NCBI GenBank assembly: GCA_963828255.1
Contig: CAWHDZ010000021.1
Location: forward strand, 118,100-182,099
Source: an uncultured delta proteobacterium
Lineage (GTDB): Bacteria > Myxococcota > Myxococcia > Myxococcales > Anaeromyxobacteraceae
DNA: 64,000 nt
Direction of reading: 5' to 3'
Below, piece by piece: positions 31,213 to 40,670 of this stretch; position 1 is the stretch's first letter; every line of letters begins with the position of its first letter. The notes below the pieces were generated by a model. The model made no database searches and was not told the DNA's origin. It was given only the letters and a program-made list of their open reading frames with translations. The translations under genes and the position numbers were made by a program.

Positions 31213-32324
31213 CCCGAGCCACCTGGATCGCCGCCGGCGCGGCCGCCACGGTCACCGCGATCGCGTGGCTGCTTCTCGCGCCGGTGCCCATCGAGCCGGT
31301 CGCCTGGCGCGCCCCTGCACCTCCGGCCCGCACCGGCGTGCTCGCCCCCAACGACCGGCTCCGCGGCGTCGAGCGGGTCGGCGGACCGGACGTGGCGAAG
31401 CCCGAGGCCACCGCCATCGACGAGGCCGGCCGGATCCACGCCGGCCTGGCCGACGGACGGGTGGTCCGCATCGACCCCGCCACCGGAAAGGCCACGACGC
31501 TGGCCGCCACGGGTGGCCGTCCCCTCGGCTTGGCCTTCGACGCCGGGGGTCTACTGTACGTCTGCGACGCCGCGAAGGGGCTCCTGCGCATCTCGCCGTC
31601 GGGCGAGGTGACCACGCTCGCCACCGGACAGGCCGGCCTGCCCTTCGGGTTCACCGACGACGTCTCCGTCGCCCCGGACGGGATGGTCTACTTCACCGAC
31701 GCCACCTGGCGGTTCGGCGTGGGGACCTACCGCGACGACATCCTCGAGCACGCCGGCACGGGCCGGCTCCTCTCCTTCGATCCGCGAACCGGACAGGTCG
31801 CCCTGGTCCTCTCCGGCCTCCAGTTCGCGAACGGCGTGGCGGTGTCCGGCGACGGCAGCTACCTCGTCGTGGCCGAGACCGGCAGCTACCGGCTGCAGCG
31901 ACACTGGCTCACCGGGCCGCGGCGCGGAACCTCCGAACCCTTCGTGGAGAACCTGCCCGGCTTCCCCGACAACGTGACCTGGTCGGCCGAACGGAAGGTC
32001 TTCTGGGTCGCGCTCTGGCCCCGGGTGGGCGTCGTGGATGCGCTGGCCCCCTACCCGTTCCTGCGCAAGGTGGTCCGCCGCCTGCCGCGCTGGCTCCAGC
32101 CCGACCCGGCCACCCACGCGTGGATCGTGGCCGTGGACGAGCAGGGGCGGATCGTCGAGAGCCTGGAGTGGCTCGCCCCGGAGTCCTACTTCCCGGTCAC
32201 CAGCGTGCGGGAACGGGGCGGATGGCTCTGGCTCGGGAGCCTGGGGCAGGACGGCGTGGGGCGGATCGCCGCGCCGCCGATCAGCCAGGCGCCGCCCGTC
32301 AGTCCGGCTGCGTCGCGCCCTTGA
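31209..32324 (+). CDS. Strictosidine synthase / SMP-30 family beta-propeller
   Basis: Motifs GGRPLGLAF, YFTDA, GRLL.FDP, LQFANGVA, NLPGFPDN. Confidence 0.9.
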   Translation: MTRATWIAAGAAATVTAIAWLLLAPVPIEPVAWRAPAPPARTGVLAPNDRLRGVERVGGPDVAKPEATAIDEAGRIHAGLADGRVVRIDPATGKATTLAATGGRPLGLAFDAGGLLYVCDAAKGLLRISPSGEVTTLATGQAGLPFGFTDDVSVAPDGMVYFTDATWRFGVGTYRDDILEHAGTGRLLSFDPRTGQVALVLSGLQFANGVAVSGDGSYLVVAETGSYRLQRHWLTGPRRGTSEPFVENLPGFPDNVTWSAERKVFWVALWPRVGVVDALAPYPFLRKVVRRLPRWLQPDPATHAWIVAVDEQGRIVESLEWLAPESYFPVTSVRERGGWLWLGSLGQDGVGRIAAPPISQAPPVSPAASRP

Positions 32325-32979
32325 CCGGAGCCGGCGAGCCCCTTCGCGGCGTGGCCTCGGCGCCACGGCCCCAGGCCCGGGAGAGCTGGAAGGCCGTGCC
32401 GGCCACGGTCAGGATGGCGGCTGCAGCCAGCATCGCCGAGGGATGGGAGAGGAGCGCGCGCCCCGGGGGCGTCCCGCGGAGCGCCCCCGCCGCACCGACG
32501 GCGACCGCCATCGCTCCGGCTCCGGAGGCGGCCGCCGCGGCCACCGGGCGGGCCGCGAGGACCCCGAGGAGTGCGCCCATGACGGCGCCGGCGGCCATCA
32601 CCTCGAGCCTCCGGTCGGCGGGGGCGAGGAGTTCCGCGAGGAGCGCACCCGGGACCGCCCCGGCCAGCCCCGGGAAGACCTGTGGCACGAGAGCCGCCAC
32701 GGCCCCCGACACCGCCGCCGCGACCGCGGCGAGCGTGGAGGGCGCCATCCCCATCGGGGCGCCGGCCCGCGCCCCAACCCAGTGCACGGCCAGCGCAGCG
32801 ACGCCGGCCGCGCCCACCACCGCCACCGGCCTGCGCGCGCGCGCACCGAAGAGCATCACCACGAGCCCCGCCGCGGCCACGCCGGCCGGCACCGGCCAGC
32901 CTGACCGGCCGAGCTCGCTCGCGACCGCGGCGGCCCAGCCACCCGCGTCGCGGAGCGCCGCCTCGACAGCCGCGCTCAT
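32299..32979 (-). CDS. Ala/Gly-rich multi-pass membrane protein (DUF4203-like)
   Basis: Six to seven hydrophobic helices; start overlaps the stop of the upstream small ORF. Confidence 0.55.
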   Translation of the reverse strand: MSAAVEAALRDAGGWAAAVASELGRSGWPVPAGVAAAGLVVMLFGARARRPVAVVGAAGVAALAVHWVGARAGAPMGMAPSTLAAVAAAVSGAVAALVPQVFPGLAGAVPGALLAELLAPADRRLEVMAAGAVMGALLGVLAARPVAAAAASGAGAMAVAVGAAGALRGTPPGRALLSHPSAMLAAAAILTVAGTAFQLSRAWGRGAEATPRRGSPAPVKGATQPD

Positions 32980-33233
32980 CGCATCCGGAGCCCGGCCGCC
33001 GCCACGACCGCCAGGAAGACGAGGCCACCCACGAAGGCCAGCAGGGCCGCCGGGTTTGGGCGGAGGCGCGCCCGCACGAGCTCGACCGGCCCGCGCTCCC
33101 CCTCGACCGCAGGACTCCCGGCTCCGGGCCCGGCGAGGAGGGCCACCTCGGCCCGGGCCGCGCGCCAGTCGCCCGCGGCGACCAGCCCCTCGAGCCGCTC
33201 CACGCCTGCCTCTTTTCGTTCCTTCCGGGCCAC
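32976..33233 (-). CDS. Small hypothetical protein with a C-terminal TM helix
   Basis: 85 aa; ATGA coupling to the next gene; hydrophobic AALLAFVGGLVFLAVVAAAG. Confidence 0.5.
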   Translation of the reverse strand: MARKERKEAGVERLEGLVAAGDWRAARAEVALLAGPGAGSPAVEGERGPVELVRARLRPNPAALLAFVGGLVFLAVVAAAGLRMR

Positions 33234-33274
33234 GCCGGAAATCTAGCAGAGGTGTAGTAGGTTTCCCACGCGCC

Positions 33275-34024
33275 ATGCTCCGACGAACGTTCCTCAAGGC
33301 CTCCGCCCTCGGCGCCGGGTCCCTGGCCCTTCCCCGCCCCGCCCGGGCCATGGGCGAGGCCTCGCGCGTCGCCATCGGCCAGATCGAGCACGCCGGCCGG
33401 TGGAATCCGCGCCCCTCGGCGCTGCGGCGCCTCTCCTGGGAGCTCTCCCAGCGCACCAGCATCGACTCCGCCCCCGACGGCGTCCCGGTCCGGCTCTCGG
33501 GACACGCAGTCCACCTCCACCCCTTCCTCTACCTGGCGGGGGACGGCGCCCTGCCCCCCTTCCCCGAGGCCGACCTGGGCGTCCTGCGCCGCCACCTGCA
33601 GTACGGCGGGTTCCTCCTCGTGGACGCCGCCGACGGCTCGAGCGGCTCCGGCTTCGACGCCTCGGTCCGGCGCGAGTTGCAGCGCCTCCTCCCCTCCTCG
33701 CCGCTGGCCCGCATCCCCCGCGAGCACGTCCTCTACAAGAGCTTCTACCTGGTGGACCACCAGGGAGGGCGCGTCCTCACCCGCCCCTGGCTGGAGGGGC
33801 AGGTGCTGAACGGGCGCCTGGCCGTCGTCTACTCCCAGAACGACCTGGGCGGCGCCTGGGCCCGCGGCCAGCTCGGCGACTGGGAGTACGACTGCACCCC
33901 GGGTGGAGAGCCGCAGCGGGAGACCGCCTTCCGCCTGGGAGTGAACCTGGCCATGTACGCGCTCTGCACCGACTACAAGGACGACGCCGTCCACCTCCCC
34001 TTCATCCTGCGGCGCCGGAGCTAG
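33275..34024 (+). CDS. DUF4159 family protein with a Tat signal peptide
   Basis: MLRRTFLK twin-arginine motif; PFLYLAG, GGFLLVD, VVYSQNDLGGAW, AFRLGVNLAMYAL. Confidence 0.85.
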   Translation: MLRRTFLKASALGAGSLALPRPARAMGEASRVAIGQIEHAGRWNPRPSALRRLSWELSQRTSIDSAPDGVPVRLSGHAVHLHPFLYLAGDGALPPFPEADLGVLRRHLQYGGFLLVDAADGSSGSGFDASVRRELQRLLPSSPLARIPREHVLYKSFYLVDHQGGRVLTRPWLEGQVLNGRLAVVYSQNDLGGAWARGQLGDWEYDCTPGGEPQRETAFRLGVNLAMYALCTDYKDDAVHLPFILRRRS

Positions 34025-34027
34025 GAC

Positions 34028-36319
34028 CTGCCCTCGATCCAGGAGACCTGGCGACTCGCCTTCCTCTCGCCCTGGCCGCGCTGGGTGCTCGTGGCCGCCG
34101 CGCTGGCCGCGCTCGCCTCGGTGCTCCTGTCGCTGCGGGGGCTCAGGGGCGAGCCGCGCCGGGGCGCCCGGGCGGCCCTGGTCGCGCTGCGCACGGTGGC
34201 CGCGCTGGCCGCGCTCTTCCTGGTCGTCGAGCCGGCCCTGCGCGTGGTCCAGACCACCCGGGTGCGCAACCGGCTGGCGGTGATGGTGGACCGCTCCCGC
34301 TCGATGAACTTCCCGGTCGAGCCGGGCGGGGAGACCCGGGTCGCCGCTGCGGCCCGCTTCCTGGCCGGGAGCCGACAGGGGCTGGAGGCGCTCTCCGCCG
34401 AGGCCACCGTCGAGGGCTGGGGCTTCGCCCGCGACGCCTGGCCCGCCGACCTGGCCGCCCTCTCCCGGCCCGAGCCGGCGACCGGGGGCGCCACCGACCT
34501 GCTGGGCGCGCTGCGCGCCGCCGCCGGAAGTTCCGGAGCACCTGGCCGGCGGCTGGCCGGCGTCCTCCTCGTCACCGACGGCGCCGACAACGGGCCCCTG
34601 GCCTCGGGGCTCTCCGGCCAGCCCCGCGCCGACCTGCTCTCCCTCGGCGTCCCGGTCAACGTGGTCTCGGTGGGGACCGACGCGCCGCGCGACCTCGCGG
34701 TGGAGCGGGTGGCGGTGGACGACTTCGCCTTCGTGCGGAGCACGCTCACCGTAGAGGCCACGCTGCGCGCCCGCGGCTTCGGGCGCGAGGACGTGAACGT
34801 GCTGCTCAAGCGCGAGGGGCAGGTGGTGGCGCAGTCCACGGTGAAGCTCGAGCCCGGCAAGGAGACCTACGCGGTCCCCCTCTCCTTCGCGCCCGACACC
34901 ACCGGCACCTTCGTGCTCAACGTCTCCACCCCGGTGCTCCCCGGCGAGGCGGTGGCCGAGAACAACGCGCGCTCCTTCGTGCTGCGGGTCATCCGCGACC
35001 GCGTCCGCGTCCTCTTGGTGGCCGGGCACCCGAGCTGGGACGAGCGGTTCCTGCGCGGCCTGCTCAAGCAGGATCCCAACGTGGACCTGGTCTCCTTCTT
35101 CATCCTGCGCACCGCCGGCGACAACCCCGGCCCGCAGGACCAGCTCTCCCTGATCCCCTTCCCGGTGGCGGAGATCTTCGGGGAGCAGCTGCGCACCTTC
35201 GACGCCGTGATCTTCGTGGACTTCGCCTACCAGCCCTACCGGACCCTCGACATCGAGCGCTTCCTCCCCAACCTGCGCGACTACGTCCGCGGCGGGGGCG
35301 CCTTCGCCATGGTGGGCGGCGGCCAGTCCTTCGCCCAGGGTCACTACGCGGGCACGCCGGTCGGCGACATCCTCGCGGTGAACCCGGCCGAGGGGATGGG
35401 CGACACCGCCGAGCCCTTCCGCCCGCGCCTCACCGCCGAGGGGCGCCGCCACCCGGTCACATCGCTGGCCCCCGGCGAGGCCGCCAACGAGGCCGCCTGG
35501 GGCGCGCTCCCGCCGCTGCCGGGCCTGAACTTCACCGCGCCGCTGCCGGCGTCCGACGGGGCCCGGGTGCTCCTGGAGGCGCCCACCCTGCTCTCCGGGG
35601 GGCGCCCCGCGCCGGTGGTGGCGGTGCGCGAGGTGGGGGCCGGACGTTCACTGTCCGTGATGACTGACGGGACCTGGCACTGGGGCTTCGTGGCGGCCGG
35701 CGACGGGCAGGGCGGCCGTGCGCACCAGCGCTTCTGGAACGGCGCGCTGCGCTGGCTGGTCCGCGACCCGTCCCTCACCCCGCTGCAGATCCAGCCGGAC
35801 CGCCCGGCCGTCGAGCCCGGCGAGCCGGTGGGGTTCTCGGTGGCGGTGCGGGGTCCCGACTACGGCCCGGCCCCGGGAGCGGCCGTCGAGGGGTCGCTCG
35901 TCGCGGAGGACGGCCGGGTGATCGGCCGCGCCAGCGCCCGTGCCGGCCCCGACGGGTCGGCCCGCCTCGAGTTCCAGGCCCCGCCTCCCGGCGCCTACCG
36001 GCTCCAGGCCTCGGCGGAGGTGGCCGGAGCGCCCGTGGAGCGGGGGGGCGCGGCGGTGGCGGTCCGGGCCAGCGGAGCCGAGGACTCGGACGCCGCACCT
36101 CGGCCCGAGCTGCTCCGGCAGCTCGCCGAGGCGACAGGCGGGACCTTCACCCGGCTGCCGCAGGCGGGGCTCCCCGAGCTGCGCCTCCGCGAGCCCGAGG
36201 TCGTCGAGATCGGGCGAAAGAAGGACGAACCGCTCTGGGACCGCTGGTGGTACCTGGCCATCCTGGCGGGCGCGCTCTCCGGCGAGTGGGTGCTTCGCCG
36301 GCGACTCGGCCACTGGTAG
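34028..36319 (+). CDS. Membrane-anchored vWA plus class I glutamine amidotransferase-like protein; start CTG 34028 or GTG 34085
   Basis: N-terminal TMs, MIDAS-like DRSRSM and VTDG, YVRGGGAFAMVGG, C-terminal TM ending EWVLRRR. Confidence 0.75.
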   Translation: MPSIQETWRLAFLSPWPRWVLVAAALAALASVLLSLRGLRGEPRRGARAALVALRTVAALAALFLVVEPALRVVQTTRVRNRLAVMVDRSRSMNFPVEPGGETRVAAAARFLAGSRQGLEALSAEATVEGWGFARDAWPADLAALSRPEPATGGATDLLGALRAAAGSSGAPGRRLAGVLLVTDGADNGPLASGLSGQPRADLLSLGVPVNVVSVGTDAPRDLAVERVAVDDFAFVRSTLTVEATLRARGFGREDVNVLLKREGQVVAQSTVKLEPGKETYAVPLSFAPDTTGTFVLNVSTPVLPGEAVAENNARSFVLRVIRDRVRVLLVAGHPSWDERFLRGLLKQDPNVDLVSFFILRTAGDNPGPQDQLSLIPFPVAEIFGEQLRTFDAVIFVDFAYQPYRTLDIERFLPNLRDYVRGGGAFAMVGGGQSFAQGHYAGTPVGDILAVNPAEGMGDTAEPFRPRLTAEGRRHPVTSLAPGEAANEAAWGALPPLPGLNFTAPLPASDGARVLLEAPTLLSGGRPAPVVAVREVGAGRSLSVMTDGTWHWGFVAAGDGQGGRAHQRFWNGALRWLVRDPSLTPLQIQPDRPAVEPGEPVGFSVAVRGPDYGPAPGAAVEGSLVAEDGRVIGRASARAGPDGSARLEFQAPPPGAYRLQASAEVAGAPVERGGAAVAVRASGAEDSDAAPRPELLRQLAEATGGTFTRLPQAGLPELRLREPEVVEIGRKKDEPLWDRWWYLAILAGALSGEWVLRRRLGHW

Positions 36320-36352
36320 GCGGTGCCCGGGGGCCGGGCGCCCGAGGGCGCT

Positions 36353-37687
36353 TCAGCCGCGGAGCTGCCCCAGGGCCAGGGCCGCCACCGTGGCAGCCAC
36401 TCCCTGCGTGCTGGCGCGCAGCTCGCCGCGCCCGGCGGTGATGCGCGGCTGCAGCGGCAGCCTCAGCGGCGGCGGCGGATTGGGGAGGACCACGTCGATC
36501 TCGATCGCATCCACCGGGTTCTGGCGGCGCGCCGCGTGGGGGAATGGAGGGGCGGCGAGGGAGAACTCGCCCACGAAGACGTCGTCCTCCCAGCCCGCGG
36601 GAGCGGCCGGCCTGGGCACGGGGCGGGGCTCGACCTTCACCGGGGCGACGGCCCGCGGCGCGGGGCGGAAGCCGAGCCGCGGCGGCGGGGGGCGCTCGGC
36701 GCGCGGCGTGGCGGCGGGGACGCGGTGCGCGGCGGCCGGTTCCGGCAGGGGGACGGGGGTCCCGGGGGCGGCGGCGCGACGGGCGCTCACGTGCGCTGCG
36801 GCGGTCTGGGCGGACTCGACGGCCCGCTGGCGGAGCACCCGCATCCCCATGCCGGCCGGGAACAGCGACTCCGCCCAGGCCGCCACCGCGGCGGGGCCGG
36901 CCATGTCGGGGACCGCCGCGTCGATGGCGCGGGCCAGCTCCAGGACGTCGCCGAAGCGATCGCCAGCCTTCACGGAAAGTGCACGACGCACCACCCCGGC
37001 CAGCGCCGAGGGAACTCCCAGCGGCTCGAGGAGCGGCGGGGCGCGGGAGAGGATGGCCACGTCGGGATCGGGCTCGCGCTCGAAGGGGTTCTCCCCGGCC
37101 AGGCAGGCGTGCAGGACGAGACCGAGCCCGTGGACGTCGCTCCGGCGCGAGGCGGCGGTGGGGCCGCCCAGGACCTGCTCCGGGCTCTGCCAGGGCATGA
37201 GGTCGGCGGCGGAGCGGGCCAGACCCACGCCAAACCCGGAGACGAGCGTCACGCCCGAGCGGCAGACGAGCAGGTGCGACGGGCGGATCCAGCCGTGGAG
37301 GATGGGGCCGGCGTCCTGCCCTTCCTCGTGGGCGAAGTGCACGGCGAGGCAGGCGTCCCGGACGATGCGGGCGGCCACCTCCGCGGGAAGCCGTCCACCC
37401 ACCGCGAGGATCTCGGCGAGGGTTTCACCGTCGGCGTGCTCCACCGCGACGACCAGACGGCCGTCCGTCTCGTCGAGCCCGAGTGGCGCCTGGACGTGCG
37501 GGTGGTGCAGCGCGTCAACGGCCCGTGCCAGTTCCCTGGCTAGGCCCTCCCGGGCTGGGACATCCACACCCGGCAGATAGACAATCCGTGCCACACGTGG
37601 AGCGTTCCCGTCCTCGAGAAACAGCCCCAACCCCTCGCCCTCACGCCCCGGAAAGGATCCCAGGAGCTGAATCCGCCCACCCACCAT
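36353..37687 (-). CDS. Ser/Thr kinase-fold protein with degenerate catalytic motifs (probable pseudokinase)
   Basis: Kinase scaffold (LHHPHV, GETLAEIL, WQSPEQ, RSDVHGLG, GENPF) but HGWIRPSH replaces HRDxxxxN and GFG replaces DFG. Confidence 0.75.
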   Translation of the reverse strand: MVGGRIQLLGSFPGREGEGLGLFLEDGNAPRVARIVYLPGVDVPAREGLARELARAVDALHHPHVQAPLGLDETDGRLVVAVEHADGETLAEILAVGGRLPAEVAARIVRDACLAVHFAHEEGQDAGPILHGWIRPSHLLVCRSGVTLVSGFGVGLARSAADLMPWQSPEQVLGGPTAASRRSDVHGLGLVLHACLAGENPFEREPDPDVAILSRAPPLLEPLGVPSALAGVVRRALSVKAGDRFGDVLELARAIDAAVPDMAGPAAVAAWAESLFPAGMGMRVLRQRAVESAQTAAAHVSARRAAAPGTPVPLPEPAAAHRVPAATPRAERPPPPRLGFRPAPRAVAPVKVEPRPVPRPAAPAGWEDDVFVGEFSLAAPPFPHAARRQNPVDAIEIDVVLPNPPPPLRLPLQPRITAGRGELRASTQGVAATVAALALGQLRG

Positions 37688-37751
37688 GTAGGCGATGGTA
37701 GCACGGTGTACCCCTGGGCGCGCAAACTTGGCGGTGGAGATTCTTGACCTG

Positions 37752-38540
37752 TCAGGTCTGACGGGCCACGACCTGACCCCTGGGGACCACCAGGAGCGCC
37801 CCTCCCGAGACGCACAGATCCTGGCCGATCAGGTGTGAAGAAGCGTTGCTGGCGAGGAAGAGGGCCGCGTGGGCGCAGTCGGCGACCTCCCCCACCCGGC
37901 GGTTGGGAAGCGCCCCGGCGATGAGCGGCCCGATGGTGGCGAGCTCCTCCTCGGCCATGGGGGTCCGGATCCACCCGGGGGAAACCAGGTTCACTCGCAC
38001 TTCGGGTGCGAGTTCCACCGCGAGGCTCATGGTGAGCGACTGGATGGCTCCCTTGGTCGCCGCGTAGTGGGAATGGCCCGCCTCCCCCCGCTGCCCCGCG
38101 GTGGAGCCGACGAGCACGACGTTCCCGGGCGCTCCCCGGCGCAGGAACGGGAGCGCCTCGCGCACCAGGTAGAAGGCGCTGAAGACGTTCACCCGGAAGA
38201 TCTCCTCGAGGCGGCCCGCCTCGATGCTCCCGATGGGGCCGTCGTTCCAGATGCCGGTCGAGTGGACGAGCTGGTCGAGCCCGCCGAGGAGCCGCGCCGA
38301 CTCGCGCACGAGATCCACCGCGCCGCGCTCGTGGGCCAGCTCGGCCCCCACCGCGAAGCCCCTCCCCGGGAAGCGGGCCGCCAGCGACCGGGCCTCCGCC
38401 TCGTGCGACCGGTAGTGAACGACGACCTTCATCCCCTGCTCGAGGAAGGCCTCGGCGATGGAGAGTCCGATCCCGCTCGATCCGCCGGCCACCAGCGCCC
38501 GCCGGCCGGCCAGGTCCAGGTACTTCACTTCGAGTGTCAT
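37752..38540 (-). CDS. Short-chain dehydrogenase/reductase
   Basis: AGGSSGIG, catalytic YAATK, VNLVSPGWIRT. Confidence 0.92.
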   Translation of the reverse strand: MTLEVKYLDLAGRRALVAGGSSGIGLSIAEAFLEQGMKVVVHYRSHEAEARSLAARFPGRGFAVGAELAHERGAVDLVRESARLLGGLDQLVHSTGIWNDGPIGSIEAGRLEEIFRVNVFSAFYLVREALPFLRRGAPGNVVLVGSTAGQRGEAGHSHYAATKGAIQSLTMSLAVELAPEVRVNLVSPGWIRTPMAEEELATIGPLIAGALPNRRVGEVADCAHAALFLASNASSHLIGQDLCVSGGALLVVPRGQVVARQT

Positions 38541-39448
38541 GTGTCCTTCCCGCGCCGGCGCACCCTCTTCGCCCTCGGCGGCCGCGGCACCGACCAGCGC
38601 GCGCCCTGCACGACGTCCCTCACCTGGGTGAACGAGGAGATGCAGAGCGGCCAGCGCTCGTGTCCCTCCTCGGCCACGTGGCGCGCCGTCACCGATCGCG
38701 CCGAGATGACCGCCAGCCGCTCCCGGTACTCCGTCGAGATGTAGGTGCCGTACTCGGCCCAGACCCCGACCGCCCCGCAGGCCCGGGCCACCGGCATGTC
38801 CTTCTTCACGTTGTCGCCCACGTAGACCACCTCGGGGCCGCGCAGGCCGAGGTCGTCGAGGATGCGGCGCAGCCCGATGGGGCTCGGCTTCTCCGCCTCG
38901 CGGGGCAACTCGTGGACCGGCGTGCCCGATCGGTAGTGGCCCGCCTCCTCGCGCCTGCGGATCCGGGGGTCCACGTTCCTGGGAAGCTCGTAGCCGGGGA
39001 GCGTGTAGAGGGCGTCGAAGAGCCGGTCGAGCTTCATGGTCTTGAGCCGGAGCAGCGCCGCGTTGCGCGGGGCGTCGGAGAGCGCCACCAGCTTGAGCCC
39101 CTGCGCGCGGATCCACTCCAGGGTCTCGGGGACGCCCGGGTACGGGTGCAGCCAGCGCGCGCGCGCCGCCTTGAAGGCGCCGGCGGCCGGCTCCACCACC
39201 AGCCGGTTGAACGAGTCGAAGTCGCGCTCGTAGGGCTTGAAGATGTCCGACTCCTGGATGGCGAACGGGTACTCGTTCGACTCGTACCGGGTGTAGACCT
39301 CCTTCAGCGACTGCACGATGCGGATGCGCGGCAGCCCCGTGGTGGCCGTGAGCGAGTCCACCATCGCCTCCAGGCAGGGGACGATGTAGTCCACCCAGGG
39401 GTAGAGGGTGTTGTCCAGGTCGGTGACGACGGCGCGGATCCGGGGCAC
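38537..39448 (-). CDS. HAD-superfamily hydrolase
   Basis: Motif I DLDNTL, LSD, KP, motif IV YVGDNVKKD. Confidence 0.88.
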   Translation of the reverse strand: MPRIRAVVTDLDNTLYPWVDYIVPCLEAMVDSLTATTGLPRIRIVQSLKEVYTRYESNEYPFAIQESDIFKPYERDFDSFNRLVVEPAAGAFKAARARWLHPYPGVPETLEWIRAQGLKLVALSDAPRNAALLRLKTMKLDRLFDALYTLPGYELPRNVDPRIRRREEAGHYRSGTPVHELPREAEKPSPIGLRRILDDLGLRGPEVVYVGDNVKKDMPVARACGAVGVWAEYGTYISTEYRERLAVISARSVTARHVAEEGHERWPLCISSFTQVRDVVQGARWSVPRPPRAKRVRRRGKDT

Positions 39449-39494
39449 GGGCGCATGGTAGCGACCGCACGCCCGGCGCGCTAGGTAGAGGGGC

Positions 39495-39827
39495 ATGCGC
39501 TACGAACGCCACGTCTTCGTCTGCGAGAACCGCCGCCCCGACGGCCACCCCAGGGGATGCTGCGCCGGCAAGGGCGGAGCCGAGGTGAAGGAGGCCCTCA
39601 AGGCGGCGCTCAAGTCCCGCGGCCTCCTGGGCCGCGTCCGCACCAACTCGGCCGGCTGCCTCGACGCCTGCGAGCGGGGCGCGGCCATGGTGGTCTACCC
39701 GGAGGGGGTCTGGTACGGCGGGGTCACCCCGGACGACGCCGCCGAGATCGTCGATCGCCACCTGGTGGGAGGCGAGCCGGTGGAGCGACTGGTGATCCGG
39801 GAGTTCCCCGCCAAGGCCGGGGGCTAG
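39495..39827 (+). CDS. Thioredoxin-like [2Fe-2S] ferredoxin
   Basis: HVFVC...GCC, GCLDAC..G..MVVYPEGVWYG. Confidence 0.92.
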   Translation: MRYERHVFVCENRRPDGHPRGCCAGKGGAEVKEALKAALKSRGLLGRVRTNSAGCLDACERGAAMVVYPEGVWYGGVTPDDAAEIVDRHLVGGEPVERLVIREFPAKAGG

Positions 39828-39830
39828 CGA

Positions 39831-40670
39831 TCAGTTCAGGAGCGACCTGCGTCCGCCCAGCTCGCGCAGGAGCGCCCTCACCTCGTCCACGTCGGAGGCC
39901 CGCGGGTTTCCCTGCACGTAGGCCTCGAGGTCGCGCGCCGCCGCCGCCGTGCCCCCCAGGCGTGCCGAGACGAGCCCCCGGTCGCGCCGCTCCTCCAGGT
40001 CGCCGGGGATGATCTGCAGCAGCCGGTCCACCACCCAGAGCGTGCGCAGGTCGTCGCCGCGCTCCACGTAGATGCGCTTCAGGTTGTGGAGCATCCGGGT
40101 GAGGATGTGGCGGGAGTCCACCGGGTCGAGGAGCGACGGGTCGAAGGTGCGCCCGTGGAGAACGGCGCGGAAGCGGGCGGTGCACTCGTCGCTTCCGAGG
40201 AGTTCCCAGCCGTTGAACGCGTCGATGAAGATCTCGCCGGCGAGACCGGTCTGCTCCGGGCACTTCACCAGGAAGTGGCCGGGGAAGCCCACCCCCTTGA
40301 GCTCGAGCCCGAGACGCCGGGCCACCTCGATGGTGAGGAGGGAGAGGGAGATGGGGATCCCCAGCTTCCGCGACACCACCTCGTTGAGGAACGAGTTGCG
40401 CGGGTCGTAGTACTCCTTCTCGTTGCCCTGGAATCCCTCGGCCCGGAACACGGTCCGCATGGCCTGGAGGACCCGAAGGGGAGGCCGCAGGTCGCCCACC
40501 TCCTCGCCGACCCGCGCGGCGATGGCGTCGAGGGCAGCCAGGGTGGGCCCCGGGTCGAGGTCAGGGTACTCCTCGGCCGCGATGGCCAAGGCCGCCTCGT
40601 CGAGCGGGATCCTGGGCCGCTCGAGGAGGGCCGCGAAGCGCGCCCGCGCAGCTGTGCTCGCATCCGTCAT
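39831..40670 (-). CDS. SirB1 family protein (transglutaminase-like plus TPR)
   Basis: Motifs GFQGN...YYDPRNSFLN.V, GIPISL, GVGFPGHFLV, IDAFN, ERRDRGL. Confidence 0.9.
   Translation of the reverse strand: MTDASTAARARFAALLERPRIPLDEAALAIAAEEYPDLDPGPTLAALDAIAARVGEEVGDLRPPLRVLQAMRTVFRAEGFQGNEKEYYDPRNSFLNEVVSRKLGIPISLSLLTIEVARRLGLELKGVGFPGHFLVKCPEQTGLAGEIFIDAFNGWELLGSDECTARFRAVLHGRTFDPSLLDPVDSRHILTRMLHNLKRIYVERGDDLRTLWVVDRLLQIIPGDLEERRDRGLVSARLGGTAAAARDLEAYVQGNPRASDVDEVRALLRELGGRRSLLN

Noticed and set aside
951..35452. Very long alternative-frame ORFs (e.g. 951-4157 minus, 7093-9846 minus, 29399-34024 plus, 32186-35452 minus)
   Set aside because: They are shadow frames of high-GC genes: Arg/Pro/Gly-rich or antisense to well-supported genes. 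Only sub-segments such as 33275-34024 are real.
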